From Malacoraja senta (lineage: Eukaryota), in assembly GCA_038087875.1 (NCBI GenBank), contig CM075988.1, forward strand, positions 1,364,001 to 1,428,000: a stretch of 64,000 nucleotides of DNA, in the 5' to 3' direction. Shown here in pieces: positions 24,224 through 36,325 of this stretch; position 1 is the stretch's first letter; every line of letters starts with the position of its first letter. Made by a program: the position numbers and the translations under genes. The notes below the pieces were generated by a model. It ran no database searches. It had not been told where the DNA came from and saw only the letters and a program-made list of their open reading frames with translations.

Positions 24224-24833
24224 ACTTAGTCAAATGGAATGAAACTTGATACTGCACACCCCAGGCGAATGGTGAGTAAGGTGGGCCTAAAATTGTAGCG
24301 CTATCGTGTACCGGTTTGGTTGTATTCCGGGCAGAAACAGGCATACAATAAAAAATACACTTTTTAGTCATATTTTTTACGTTTATTAAGGGAAATACTT
24401 TGTCAAATCGAACAAAACTTGATACTGCACACCGCACGCTAGTGGTAAGGCGGGCCTAAAATTGTAGCGCTATCGTGTACCGTTTTGGGTGTATTTTGGG
24501 CATAGTGGGCACATACATACATACAAGATGAGAGCTTTAGTAATATACTAGACCAAGAGTGTTTGCGGAGGGGGGGCATGCGGCGTCACACACACACACT
24601 AACCACCCACACACACACACACTAACCACCCCCCTTGATATTATATTAATATTATTAATTTGCTCCTTTTACCCCATAACCGCCCTATCCACTGATGCAT
24701 AGCCCCCAACTCGCAGGCGCGTCTAGAGAGGGGGGGGGGGTAGAGAGTGTGGGCAGAGAGAGAATGGGGAGAGACAGAGGGAGAGGCAGAGACAGAAGGG
24801 CAAGACAGAGGGAGAGGGAGAGGGGGAGTGGAG

Positions 24834-25033
24834 NNNNNNNNNNNNNNNNNNNNNNNNNNNNNNNNNNNNNNNNNNNNNNNNNNNNNNNNNNNNNNNNNNN
24901 NNNNNNNNNNNNNNNNNNNNNNNNNNNNNNNNNNNNNNNNNNNNNNNNNNNNNNNNNNNNNNNNNNNNNNNNNNNNNNNNNNNNNNNNNNNNNNNNNNNN
25001 NNNNNNNNNNNNNNNNNNNNNNNNNNNNNNNNN
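24834..25033. other. Assembly gap (200 N)
   Basis: Run of N. Confidence 1.
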
Positions 25034-25224
25034 CCCAACGGGTCTGCACTTGGTCTAGTATTCTATAAATATATAATATATATGACTTGTGAATATGACT
25101 AATCATATATAATTATGTATAATTGTATTCTATAAAAATAATATGAATATAATGGTGAGTTTTTTTAATATAATATATATAATTTTGAATATAATATATA
25201 ATTAATAATCTATATATATATTAG

Positions 25225-25259
<35 letters not shown>

Positions 25260-25492
25260 TGTATAATAATATAGTTTAAATAGAGTGCAACACGGAAATA
25301 GGCACCCCGTGGTGTAATATGGGCATTGGACACTAGATGGCGTTTACTTTTCCGATCTCATTTTCTAATTAGTTTAATTAATTAATGTGCAACTTTTGGC
25401 ACTGACGAGTTATGACTTCCTTCTCAATTATATCTGGGGTCTGAAGCACGTTCGGGGTCCAGTCCCAACGGGTCTGCTCTTGGTCTAGTCTA

Positions 25493-25885
25493 TCTATATA
25501 CTATTAAAACTCTGTGTGTGTGGATGGATGTGTGTGTGGATGTGTTTATTTATATGTGGGTGCATTTGGCCTTTGATTCCTTGCTCCGCCAAAACCACAC
25601 GCGAAAACTCTGCGATTTTTTCCATTTCGCTAGACATTTCACTTTTGCATACCCTAACCCACTCCTTATTAGATTTAGACATTCTTATGTACACATTTTA
25701 AAATAAAATCCATCCCCCCCCCACTCACTCATTTTGTCTCCTCCTGCTGGCCAGCCACCGTAACGGCTGCTGCCGACCGGCTCTGCTCAAACAACGCCAC
25801 CATTTTTTTCTTTCGCTAGCGATTTTCGCCCCGGGGTCTGAAGCACGTTCGGGGTCCAGACCCAACGGGTCTGCTCTTGGTCTAG
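25493..25885 (+). mobile_element. Short non-autonomous Helitron
   Basis: 5' A|TCTATATACTATTAAAACTC; 3' hairpin AGACCC-AAC-GGGTCT then GCTCTTGGTCTAG|T. Similar 3' ends also finish at 25058 and 25488. Confidence 0.8.
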
Positions 25886-27132
25886 TTTCATCTAAATATG
25901 TGCAAAATTTCATGTAGTTCCGAGACGTGGGTCACGAAAATGGATTTCTAGAAACATTTTTGATGCTCAGTATCACAATATATATTCATGCGAGACATCT
26001 GTAAACAGAAGAATGTCGGCAGTTTCATCATTTTACTGATAATCAATGCATGCCGGAATGGAGTTATGGAGACAGAAGCCCAGAATCAATCAATCAATCA
26101 AGAATCAACTGGTTACTATATTGGGGGAAAAGGGTAGCATTATCATTCCAATTGGCAAAGTTAGTGGCTTAGTAGCATTATTTATGTTTTTTAATCTTAT
26201 AAATTAACAGCTTGAAAATTCAAGAGATATTATCAAGTCAAATCTCAAACAAAAACGGCAAACAATGCTTACAGAACAAGACTGAAACTCTGAGTAGTTA
26301 GTTTGAAAATGTACAGCTCAGTCCCTTTATATATCAAAATAAAGCATTATCAAGCAGTAACAAATAGTTACATTAATTATATATACAAACCAGCATCACC
26401 CAAAGCTCATCATTCTCTATAAAGATAGGATTTATAATTTTTCATGACCTTGACAGTAATAGAGAATCCAAATAAGTCAAAAGAATTGTCATGTTAAACC
26501 ATAGTTATATTTTGGCCACCTTTTCCAACCAACTCATGAAGTATTATGTTAATATTCTATTTAAATGCAAGCTCTTGTCAATCAGCACCTTATAAAACAA
26601 TGCAGTTAAATCCTATTAAAACCACAAGATTTAAATCACAAGCCTCATGCTGGAGAGCATAATTCAAACGACCGAAATATACAACAAACAACAGAAGCCA
26701 AGACAATCCCAGGCCTGGGAAATATGCATCCGCCACTCTTACCTGGTTAGCTGCCAGTTCACCCACAAATTATCTATCTACAGAACACCATAACAGCAAT
26801 ACAAAAATCAAAAAAATTGATATTAATGTGTGCAAATTAACACTTCAACAACCCAAGACTTTAAGCCACACAATAAAACAAATTCAAAAATAGTACGTAA
26901 CATCATTAAGTCCATTAAACAGTTTTCAGTGAACTGACCTGCAATGACAATCAATGAAAATAAACTGCTGACAAACCACAAAATAAGCACATTTCCAATT
27001 AAGAACAAGAAACAAAGTACTGTTGACAATTTATAAATGTTTTTAACATGCACTGCCCTTTCAATATACAGTAAGCCTGACAAGGCCCCTTATAAGCATT
27101 AGCAAACACAGCGACACAAGTAGATCCACTTT

Positions 27133-27133
<1 letters not shown>

Positions 27134-27166
<33 letters not shown>
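27134..27166. repeat. (CA)n microsatellite
   Basis: Direct reading. Confidence 0.95.
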
Positions 27167-27168
<2 letters not shown>

Positions 27169-27719
27169 CCACAAGTACAGTGCTGAGGAAATGCACACAG
27201 TTGGAGGTGCTGCTATTTGCATGTAATAACAAACCAAGGCTGGGAAAACCAAAAAATATCCCACATTAATATTCAAAGATGTCCAGGGCAGTTAATTTCA
27301 CTGTGCTAGTCAATATTTATCTTTCAAGTTATACAATTTAAATATCTGGTCATTTCACATCGCCATTTGTAGGGAAACATGGTGTACAATTTGGCTGCTC
27401 TATTTCGTACATTACAATCACAACCACATTTCAAAAGTATTACACTGGTTGTAAAGCATTTTGGAAGTCATGAATGGTGCTATCTAAATTGCAATCTGTC
27501 CTTTCTTACATACCCAGCTATGCATACACCTTCCAGCTGCTCAGAGACTCCAACAGAGACTCTACTCACCCCTCTTCCCCCAATTCATGGGGCAAAATAT
27601 TTCATCAAAGTAATAACTTTCAGTTGTTCAATCCTGCTGGTCACTTCATGTTATGGCAGGACATAACCATAATAGCAATGATGTACAGAGGGATCTTAGG
27701 GTCCATGCCCATAACTCCC

Positions 27720-28360
27720 TTAAAGTAGCAATACAAGAAGATGGAGTGTATGGCATGACAAGAAGTTTTTAAGTATGACATGACAAGAAGGTGTATGGCA
27801 TGCTTGCCTTCATCGGTCAGGGCATTGAAAGTCCTGCACCTTTATAGCAGTTAGGTGCAATGGATCGCCCCATTACAGGAAGGATGTGGAGGCTTGGGAG
27901 AGGGTGCAGAATGCTATTTGGATTAGAGGTTATTGGCTACAAGGAGGTTAGAGAAACTTGGATTGTTTTCTTTGGAACATTGGAGGCTGAGAGGAGAACT
28001 GATAGAAGTATATAAAAATTATGAGGCATAAATGGGATAGAAGGAAGAACATTGTCCCCGGAGTGGAAATATTAAGGAGAGGAAATAGTGTTAAGATAAG
28101 ATTGGAAAGATTTTAAGGGTGTATGCAGGACAGGATTTTTTTTAAAATTAGACAGTGAGTGCCAGGAACGCACTGCCAGTGGTGGTGAAGGAAGCAGATG
28201 CAACAGCAGCTTTTGGACAGCTAAATTAATACGCAAGAAATGGAGTGATAAGGATTACATACAGGCAGAAGGGATGCGTTTAATTTGACATCACGTTCGC
28301 ACAGGCATTGCGGGCTGAAGGGCCTGGTCCTGTGTTGCATTGTTCTGTTCTATGTACTGT
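27720..28360 (+). mobile_element. Degenerate CR1 3' fragment
   Basis: Eroded similarity to the CR1 3' coding end and UTR (GGCTGAGAGGAGAACTGATAGAAGTATATAAAA). Confidence 0.7.
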
Positions 28361-28438
28361 AGCACAGTGATTGCATTTTAGAACTAACAATTCACATGTT
28401 GGCAAATAAGATGGAGATACATTGAAATGCCACCACTG

Positions 28439-29757
28439 AACTATTTAAATTAATCTAATTAAACAATTTGCAGTGTGAAACATTTCAGTATTGATTATGA
28501 TTAACGACAGTGATTATCAGAAAACCATAACTGCTTCACAATCCTTCTTTAAAGAAGCGAACATACTACCCTTCCCAATGATTAAAGGCAGACTAATTGG
28601 CCTGATATTCTTCCTTTTCTCTCTTCATTTATCGTTAACATGCTATATTTGCTATTTTCTGGTCGCCTGGCATTGTCCTAAAATCTAAAATAACAATTGA
28701 ACTGAGCAAAATCAATAGATTTATTAAACGACATGAAATTAAATTTTGGTTTTTGATTAAATGGACATTAAATAGGATATCACGAACAGAATAGAGAAGG
28801 AAGAACCAACTAATGTGTGCCTGGACTTTAGGACTTCAACAAAATGACACACACTATTAACAAACAAAATGTATGCAGATACAAAGGACTGCAGATGCTG
28901 GTTTAATAAAAGAGCTGGAGTAACTCGGCAGGTCAGGCAGTATCTTTGGAGAACATGGATAGATGATGTTTCAGGTCAGGATCCTTTTCCAGTTCTGGGG
29001 GTGATATAGCTGAGGGAATAAAGTATCACAACAATGCATCCACTAACTTTGTAGCCAACAGAAGGCAGAAGCCATCAGGTCTAGGGGACCTGGTTTTAAT
29101 GCTTTTAATATTGATTGTAAAAGAAAAGTGTTTTCTTTTATTTTACTGTGCTCGATACTCTTATTCCTGCTGTGTGTACTGCTCTTTGTGCTTTCGCTAA
29201 AGACAAGTACAAAACACATTCTTAATATCTCAGTGATATCCTTCCTATCTCCTTTGTTGTACCTGTTGCAACATCTTTTGGTAACTTTGGACAAAAATAA
29301 TTTGAGAGGCAAGAGGAAGTAGGATAGAAAAATGAAAATGATGTAGAAGCTGAGGTTAGACACAAAAAGCTGGAGGAACTCAGCGGGACAGGTAGCATCT
29401 CTGGAGAGAAGGAATGGGTGACGTTTCGTGTCGAGACTCTTCTTCAGACCTAATTAACTATTTAAATTAATCTAATTAAACAATCTGCAGTGTGAACCAT
29501 TTCAGCATTGATGACGATTAAGGACAGTGATTATCAGAAAACCGCAACTGCTTCACAATCCTTCTTTAAAGAAGCAAACATACTACCCTTCTCAATGATT
29601 GATGGCAGACTAATTGGTCTGATATTCTTTGTTTTCTCTCTGCATTTATCGTTAACATGCTATATTTGCTCAATTCTAGTCACCTGGAATTATCCTAAAA
29701 TCTAAAATAACAAATGAACTGAGCAAAATCAATAGATTATTATACAACATTGAATTA
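28439..29757 (+). repeat. Local ~300-bp direct duplication (28439-~28740 and 29456-~29757)
   Basis: Both copies start AACTATTTAAATTAATCTAATTAAACAAT and align to the end; the ORF track shows near-identical peptides. Confidence 0.92.
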
Positions 29758-30129
29758 AGAAGGGTCTCGACCTGAAACGTCACCCTTTCCTTCTCTCCAG
29801 CGATGCTGCCTGTCCCGCTGAGTTACTCCGTTTTTTTGTGTCTATCTTTGGTTTAAACCAGCATCTGCAGTTCCTTCCTTCCTACTGTCTTCAAAGGTTC
29901 GCTACTTTCTGATTGGTAAAATGGGCTTGAATGTCTGACCCCTTAATTTGCGAGTAATCCCAGTTCTAGATTAAACTTTAATAGGGAATCATCTCTCGCT
30001 CTGTAGATCTTTCAGTCCTATGTAATTATTGTAATGCTGGTATTTAAAAAAAATCATGATTGACTAAACATTAACTGCAGTGATCCAAACCAAGAGCTCC
30101 AAAGGTAGATTTATAAAAGTTTCTGACAT

Positions 30130-30449
30130 CACAGATACTGGTAGGTACACAAAAATGCTGGAGAAACTCAGCGGGTGCAGCAGCATCTATGGAGCGAAGG
30201 AAATAGGTACACAAAAATGCTGGAGAAACTCAGCGGGTGCAGCAGCATCTATGGAGCGAAGGACATAGATAACCTATTTCCTTCGCTCCATAGATGCTGC
30301 TGCACCTGCTGAGTTTCTCCAGCATTTTTGTGTACCTAATTCCTTCGCTCCATAGATGCTGCTGCACCCGCTGAGTTTCTCCAGCATTTTTGTGTACCTT
30401 CGATTTTCCAGCATCTGCAGTTCCTTCTTTAACACAGATACTGGTAGGT
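30130..30449. mobile_element. Penelope-terminus derived palindromic insertion with 17-bp TSD
   Basis: Two ~62-bp units then two inverted units; CACAGATACTGGTAGGT at 30130 and 30433. Confidence 0.75.
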
Positions 30450-30883
30450 TTTGCAGTTTTTTTTATCTTGCTCTATTTTATAATTTAGAACGCACTCAAT
30501 GTGTTCAAAAATAATGCAGATGCTGTAAACCTGATATAAATGCAGAAAATGCTGGAAACAAATAGGTTGGACAGAACTGTAAAACTGATCTCTTATCTGA
30601 CTACTCAGAAATCTTCATGGTTTGGTATCTGGTTCACCAAATTATACTGGCCATGATTCCTTCCCACTCACTGGAGACCCACTTCCTCCGTTCCCTTTAA
30701 ATCCAGCTGCTACACTAAATAATTTATAATACTGTAACATCTTGAAAGAAAGTTAGTTAAAAGCATTTTAAGATATGCATACAAATCCAATAGACCAGTA
30801 AACCCATTAATTGCAATAGCAAAGTCCAAAGCGAGAGGGATCAGAGGAGTTACATTGTATCTGCAGAAAGAGAAACAGAGTTA

Positions 30884-31520
30884 AAGGCCTGTCCCACGGG
30901 CAGGCGGTTACTGGCAGTGTAGCAGGAAGTTGGGACCACGTGTGGACCGCCAGAGACCGCGCATGGCCCGCGGGGTCGGTCCCACGCAGACCGCCGGGAC
31001 CGCATGTAGTTGGTCCCGACACCGTGCGGTGCTCAGAAACGCTGACACTGTTCAAAAATCTCGGCCTACCGCCCAGCCGCCGCGAGCATTGCCAGTGCGC
31101 CGCGAGCACCGCCTGTACGCCGCGAGCACCGCCTGTACGCCGCGAGCACCGCCTGTACGCCGCGAGCACCGCCTGTACGCCGCGAGCATTGCCAGTGCGC
31201 CGCCTGTGCGCCGCGAGCACCGCCTGTACGCCGCGAGCACCGCCTGTACGCCGCGAGCACCGCCTGTGCGCCGCGAGCACCGCCTGTGCGCCGCGAGCCG
31301 TCTCGACGTCATCGCTTAGCGCGATGACGTCATCACCCGACGCCGCGCGACGTCCATTCCAGTCGGCCCGTGGGACAGGCAGTGCGGTGACCACCCGGCA
31401 TACTCGCGGCTCGCATGCTCGTGGGACGCATCCGAGCGGCGCTCCCGCAGCATACGTGCCGCGCTCCAGCGGTAGCCGCGCGGTCCCCGCCAGTAACCGC
31501 CTGCCCGTGGGACAGGGCCA
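30884..31520. mobile_element. PIF/Harbinger-type MITE with internal 20-bp minisatellite
   Basis: ~30-bp TIR (..CCTGTCCCACGGGCAGGCGGTTACTGGC) and TTA on both sides; (CGCCGCGAGCACCGCCTGTA)n at ~31078-31298. Confidence 0.85.
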
Positions 31521-31715
31521 TTAATGGTTCGCCCAAAGACTCAGTGTAAGAAATGGGGAACCAGGGAGAAATTAAGTTGGTTTTAACATGCAGAGGTTTG
31601 GGGAGTGGTAGAGGACAAAGGAAATATCTTTGATTGGGTGGGGACATGGATAAGCGGTTGATGAAGCCATCTGTTTGACAGTCTAATGAGGCTAAAGAGG
31701 GAGCATAAATGAGCA

Positions 31716-32746
31716 ATGTTACAAACATTTTGAGATTTTAAAAATAAAGTCTGCAATTTATCCCATCAGATAAAGCATAAAAAGAAGTTTAATTTGACAC
31801 CTAATTCACTTTCATATCTTCAGTATTAAAAAGGTTATGGCCATTTTCATACTCGGAAATTAGCATCTTGTTCCCTATTGCTTTTCCATTGACTTACACA
31901 AAAGCTGTGATCGAGGACAGTCAAAAGCCCATAACTTTCTTAAAAATTAAGAGAACTGAAAGAGATTTCCAGTTATTATAGATTGAAGCATTCTGAAACA
32001 AATATGAAACAATCTTACTTAGAAGACATGAAATTAAAGCATATAATTAGTTAGTTACCTAATTGTAGCTAATTACAAAATTCAATTACTAGATCTAAAC
32101 ATCTATCAATTTCTTAAGAATAGATTAACATTTTTAAAAAGCCTAAGTGTCCAAATAACAGTCACACAAGAATTCACAATATAACATAATTTTTAAATCT
32201 CATTGTCATGAATTTACAGGCCAAATGGAAGGAATTGAATGTTTAATACCTGTAAATTAATCGGCATTTAATTCATCTTGCGAGTGAGGATTTCTGGAAC
32301 GCGATCATTTGGAACGTTGATTTGCGGTGAATTTAACCCCGTATCGGCATGAAAAATTCTGCCGTTAGTTCGGGGAATAAAATCACCGTTTGCATGAAAA
32401 AATATTAATTAAAGGCTTCTTAAGAAGCACTTTTATACATTAAAATAAACCACTTTCGTTTACCTGTCCCGTACGTGAAATCCGTCCCCGTTATCGGCTT
32501 CAGAAGCTGATGTTAAAATGACTCCAGCGCTGACATTGTCGATTTAATAAAAATAAAAAATACACAAAACGCCCCTAGGAACGATTTTTCAGCAAACGCT
32601 TGTACTCCAACGAAATATAATACAGGACAAGGGAGGAGAAACCCGCGTTTTAAACCCGCCCCCCCCCCCCTTAAAGGCGCCAAAATCGCGCACACGGCCA
32701 GTGACAGAATTACAGCGACACTGAAGGTAAGTATTGTAACATACCT
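31716..32746. mobile_element. ~1-kb non-autonomous DNA transposon (superfamily uncertain, possibly Kolobok-like)
   Basis: Short inverted ends ATGTTACAA../..TTGTAACATACCT; composition differs from the flanks; no TSD seen. Confidence 0.45.
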
Positions 32747-33684
32747 ACATAAATAGGAATATGTAACAGGTGTCACAGCTATAGGGAATACCCAACAGAA
32801 TGGAAATGCAAGAAACGCCTTGCACTATTTAGGGAGACAGACAAATTGACCTGATATTACAGATGGATAACCTACAGCAGAACTGCTCTTTTAACAAGTG
32901 AGACTTTCATGGACTGATTGCATGTTGCTTACAGAATCAATATTTTCTCCTCCCTGCCCAGCATTCTCAGCTCCAATGGGCTTACTTGTCTGACACCAGA
33001 GTCCTGAAACAGTCTATTCTACGTTCTGATTACCATCTTTGAAATTGTACAATATCTGTTCCAACACAGAATCCCTGGTCTCTGACAACTCAAGAGAAGG
33101 GATATTTAGGACAGTATTGAGAACCTCCTGTCCTATTATCAGGAACACACAGGAGCGTTGCACCAGCCAAACAGTCAACCCACACTCCATCAAGCCCCAC
33201 TTGTGGCAGAAACCTGTTAATCCCACATTGGTCTCATCAGCCATCTCACAACAAATAGAACAGAAGTGTAATCAAGTCATTCTCAATCCAGTATAACTGC
33301 CTCCGAAAATAATAATTATGTAGCATCAGGCAGACCAGAGTTTGAGTACCAAACAGTTCTGGTCACTACACTGTGGCAAAGATGTGATTGCACTAGAGAG
33401 GAAATTTATGAGGACGCTGTCATCATCCATGAAAGTCTTACTCTCTCCCTTGCTGAAAGAACTGGTCAATTCTGCTGTCGATTTTTCTGACAACTTTAAG
33501 GTGAGATTGATGAGGCTGGTATTGTTTTCTTTGGAAAAGAGGCAGAGGAAAGATCCAATTAAGAAATAGAAACAAGGAACTGCAGATTACAAAAGAAGAC
33601 AAAGTGCTGGAGTTAGTCAGCAGGTCAGACAGCATCTCTGGAGAACATGGAGAGGTGACGTTTCAGATAGAGACCTTCACACCT

Positions 33685-34407
33685 AATAAGCGAGTTCGGT
33701 ATTCTGACTGCACATGCCCAGGTCATAGGTCACAAGCGAAAAACACTCTCGGCAGCCGTGCTGCGGCATGGAAACAGAACTGCGCCTCATCTGCAGCCAG
33801 GATCAATCCCGGGTCTCCGGCGCCACAATCGCTGCCGAACCGCCACTAGACCATCCCCTCCCGAGTGCCCCCCCCCCCCATCGTGTGGCGGCGGCCAGCG
33901 ACGTCGGGAGTCAGACGGGAACGACGCCCACAGCCAGTGCTGAGAAGCCGTGCTAAATCCAGCTCAACTCTGCTTGTCTTGCCGGGTTAACTTACCAGCC
34001 CTGCCTGGACTTACGGGAACGGCGGCCCAGGCTTAGAGCCAGCACAGAGAAGCAGCGCTAACTCCACGGCTCCAGGCTGGTGTCCCATCAAAGCTGCAAG
34101 TTAACCCGGCGAGACAGGCAGAGTTGAGCTGGTTTTAGCGCTGCTTCTCTGCACTGGCTGTGGGCGCCGCACCCATCTGACTCCCGACGTCTCTGGCCGC
34201 CTCCGGACCTGGGGGGGGGCACTTGGGAGAGGACGGGGATGGTCCAGTGGAGGTTCGGCAGCGATTGCGGCGCCGGAGACCCGGGATCGATCCTGGCTGC
34301 AGATGAGGCGCAGGTCTGGGGCACGGCTGCCGAGAGTTTTTATCGCTTGTGACCTTTGACAAAGCCCATGATTCCATGCGTTTTTCAGAATACCAAACTC
34401 GCTTATT
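33685..34407. mobile_element. Unclassified TIR element with foldback interior
   Basis: AATAAGCGAGTTCGGTATTCTGA..TCAGAATACCAAACTCGCTTATT; interior arms ~33727-34000 and ~34092-34355 are inverted copies. Confidence 0.85.
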
Positions 34408-35039
34408 AAGTTACGATGAAAATATGGAATTAAATATACAGGAACCTATTTCACTTAAGGCTCAAAAATAAGGGAATATAGATTTAAAGCAGAATTTGAA
34501 AATCATTTTTTCTATCCAGAAGGGCTTGGAACTCGTTGTCTTAAACAATGGTAGAGGGAGAAACACTGATAAAATGCTTTAAATAGCTGGAATTAGCCAG
34601 GACCTGTGTGGTAATTCCAAGAATTGGAATATGGAATTAAGATAATTATTTTTTCACTTAACACACAGGATGGGCTGGATGGTCTACTCTTGTGCCATAC
34701 ACCTTCCTACAACAGGAATGGTATAGAGGATATTTTGGGTACATGGGAAATAAACTACCCGCTGTAGTAATCCTGTAGTATGCCTGTAAATTATATTGGG
34801 GATGTCAGAATAGCAAGGACCAGCATTTATTACCAGAGAGGTACTGCAGTAAATCATGCACATGTGTAAATTAACATGTATGCAGTTACATACATGCATA
34901 ACTGTACGCATATAAACTTCATATAGATTAGAGAAATCAAATTAAACTGGAGTGTATTTGGGATAAAGATCTAGAATAAACTATTATGAAACTAATTGTA
35001 ATAAATCGTGCTTTAAAAGGTACTAACTTAAAGTCTCTC

Positions 35040-36325
35040 AAGTATTGTGTTCAGTTTTGGTCACCGTGTTATAAGAAAGATGTTGTCAAACTGCAAAGGG
35101 TGCAGAGAAGATTTACGAGGATATTGCCAGGACTCGAAGGCCTGAGCTATATGGAGAGGCTGAGCAGGCTAGGACTTTATTCCTTGGAGTGCAGGACGAA
35201 GTGGAGTAATCTAATACAGGTGTACAAAATCATGAGAGGTATAGATCAGGTAAATGCACAGGGTCTCTTGCCCAGAAGAGGGGAAGAGAGAACCAGAGGA
35301 CATGGGGTTAAGGTGAGAGGGAAAGATTTGATAGGAACCCGAGGTGTAACTTTTTTTTCACACAAAGGGTGGTGGCTGTATGGAATGAGCTGCCAGAAAT
35401 GGTAGTTGAGGCAGTTACTATCGCAACGTTTAAGAACCATTTGGACAGGTACATAGATAGCAAGCACGTGCCGTCAGGGTAGGCAAGGTAGGCACTGCCT
35501 ATCCTGACTAAAATTACAAAATGATAATTATTAAATATAAATAGTAAAGGCACGGGAGAATTATGCCTACCTAAGAGATCGATCTCTTAGGTCAGCATAA
35601 TTCTCCGTGCCTTTCATGCGCAGTACATGTAATACGGAAAAGTGTGTGCAGCCCACGTGCCGTGGACGCTGCTTCAAGCTGTCAATTTCAAGCAGAGCTG
35701 AAGGCAACTGAAACTCTGCCTTTGCAGCGTGGACTGCGTACTGCGCATGCGCTGCGCAAGCAGCTGTAAAGTGGGAAGCGGCTGTAAAAGGACAGCGCCG
35801 CCTGGGGGGGGGGGGGGGGGGGGGGGGAAAGAGTTCCTTTCACAGCCTGTGTCCACTGCCCGCTGTCCTAATATCCCTGGCCAGACTCACCACACGCTGT
35901 GAAAGGAACTCTCCCCCAATTGGTCCCTTGAACTAGTATAGTCATTCAATAAGATCACAACTGATTCAACTTGTCCCGGTGTGCTCCCGTTTTTCCCACC
36001 ATCTCTCCACCTGCCGTCACCCTCCACCCCCCACCCATTCAATAATTCAGAATGAAGGAGATTTGGAAGACTTGGGCAAATTGAATTGTTACTTTCTTTA
36101 TTTTTATTCTTTATTTTTATGTAGAGAACAATCTGCGCATGCGCGGTTTAAGTTTTTTGTTTTAAAGCCGACTGACTGCCTACCCTGAGTAATTACTCAC
36201 GGCACGTGCCTGATAGATAGGACACGTTTATAGGGATATATGCCAAACACAGGCAGGTGGGAATAGTTGGCCAGCATGGGCAAGTTGAACTGAAGGGCTC
36301 GTTTCCACATTGTATGACTCTGACC
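35040..36325 (+). mobile_element. CR1 3' fragment interrupted by a hAT MITE
   Basis: YCVQFWSPCYKKDVVKLQRVQRRFTRILPGL; the 3' UTR resumes after 36213. Confidence 0.85.
35461..36212. mobile_element. hAT non-autonomous element
   Basis: TIR CAAGCACGTGCCGTCAG / CTCACGGCACGTGCCTG; perfect 8-bp TSD ATAGATAG (35453-35460, 36213-36220). Confidence 0.9.

Larger units (their letters stand above)
22692..24547 (-). mobile_element. Non-autonomous Helitron (contains a nested TIR element)
   Basis: Minus-strand 3' end has hairpin GTGGAC..GTCCAC followed by GCTTGGTCTAG|T. The 5' end reads TATATTACTAAAGCTCTC..(TATG)n. Internal direct repeat at 24225-24330/24400-24495. Confidence 0.72.

Noticed and set aside
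24685..25106. ORFs spanning the N run
   Set aside because: Artefacts of the assembly gap.
31078..31298. CRISPR-like repeat array
   Set aside because: Contiguous 20-bp tandem units without unique spacers, in a eukaryotic MITE.
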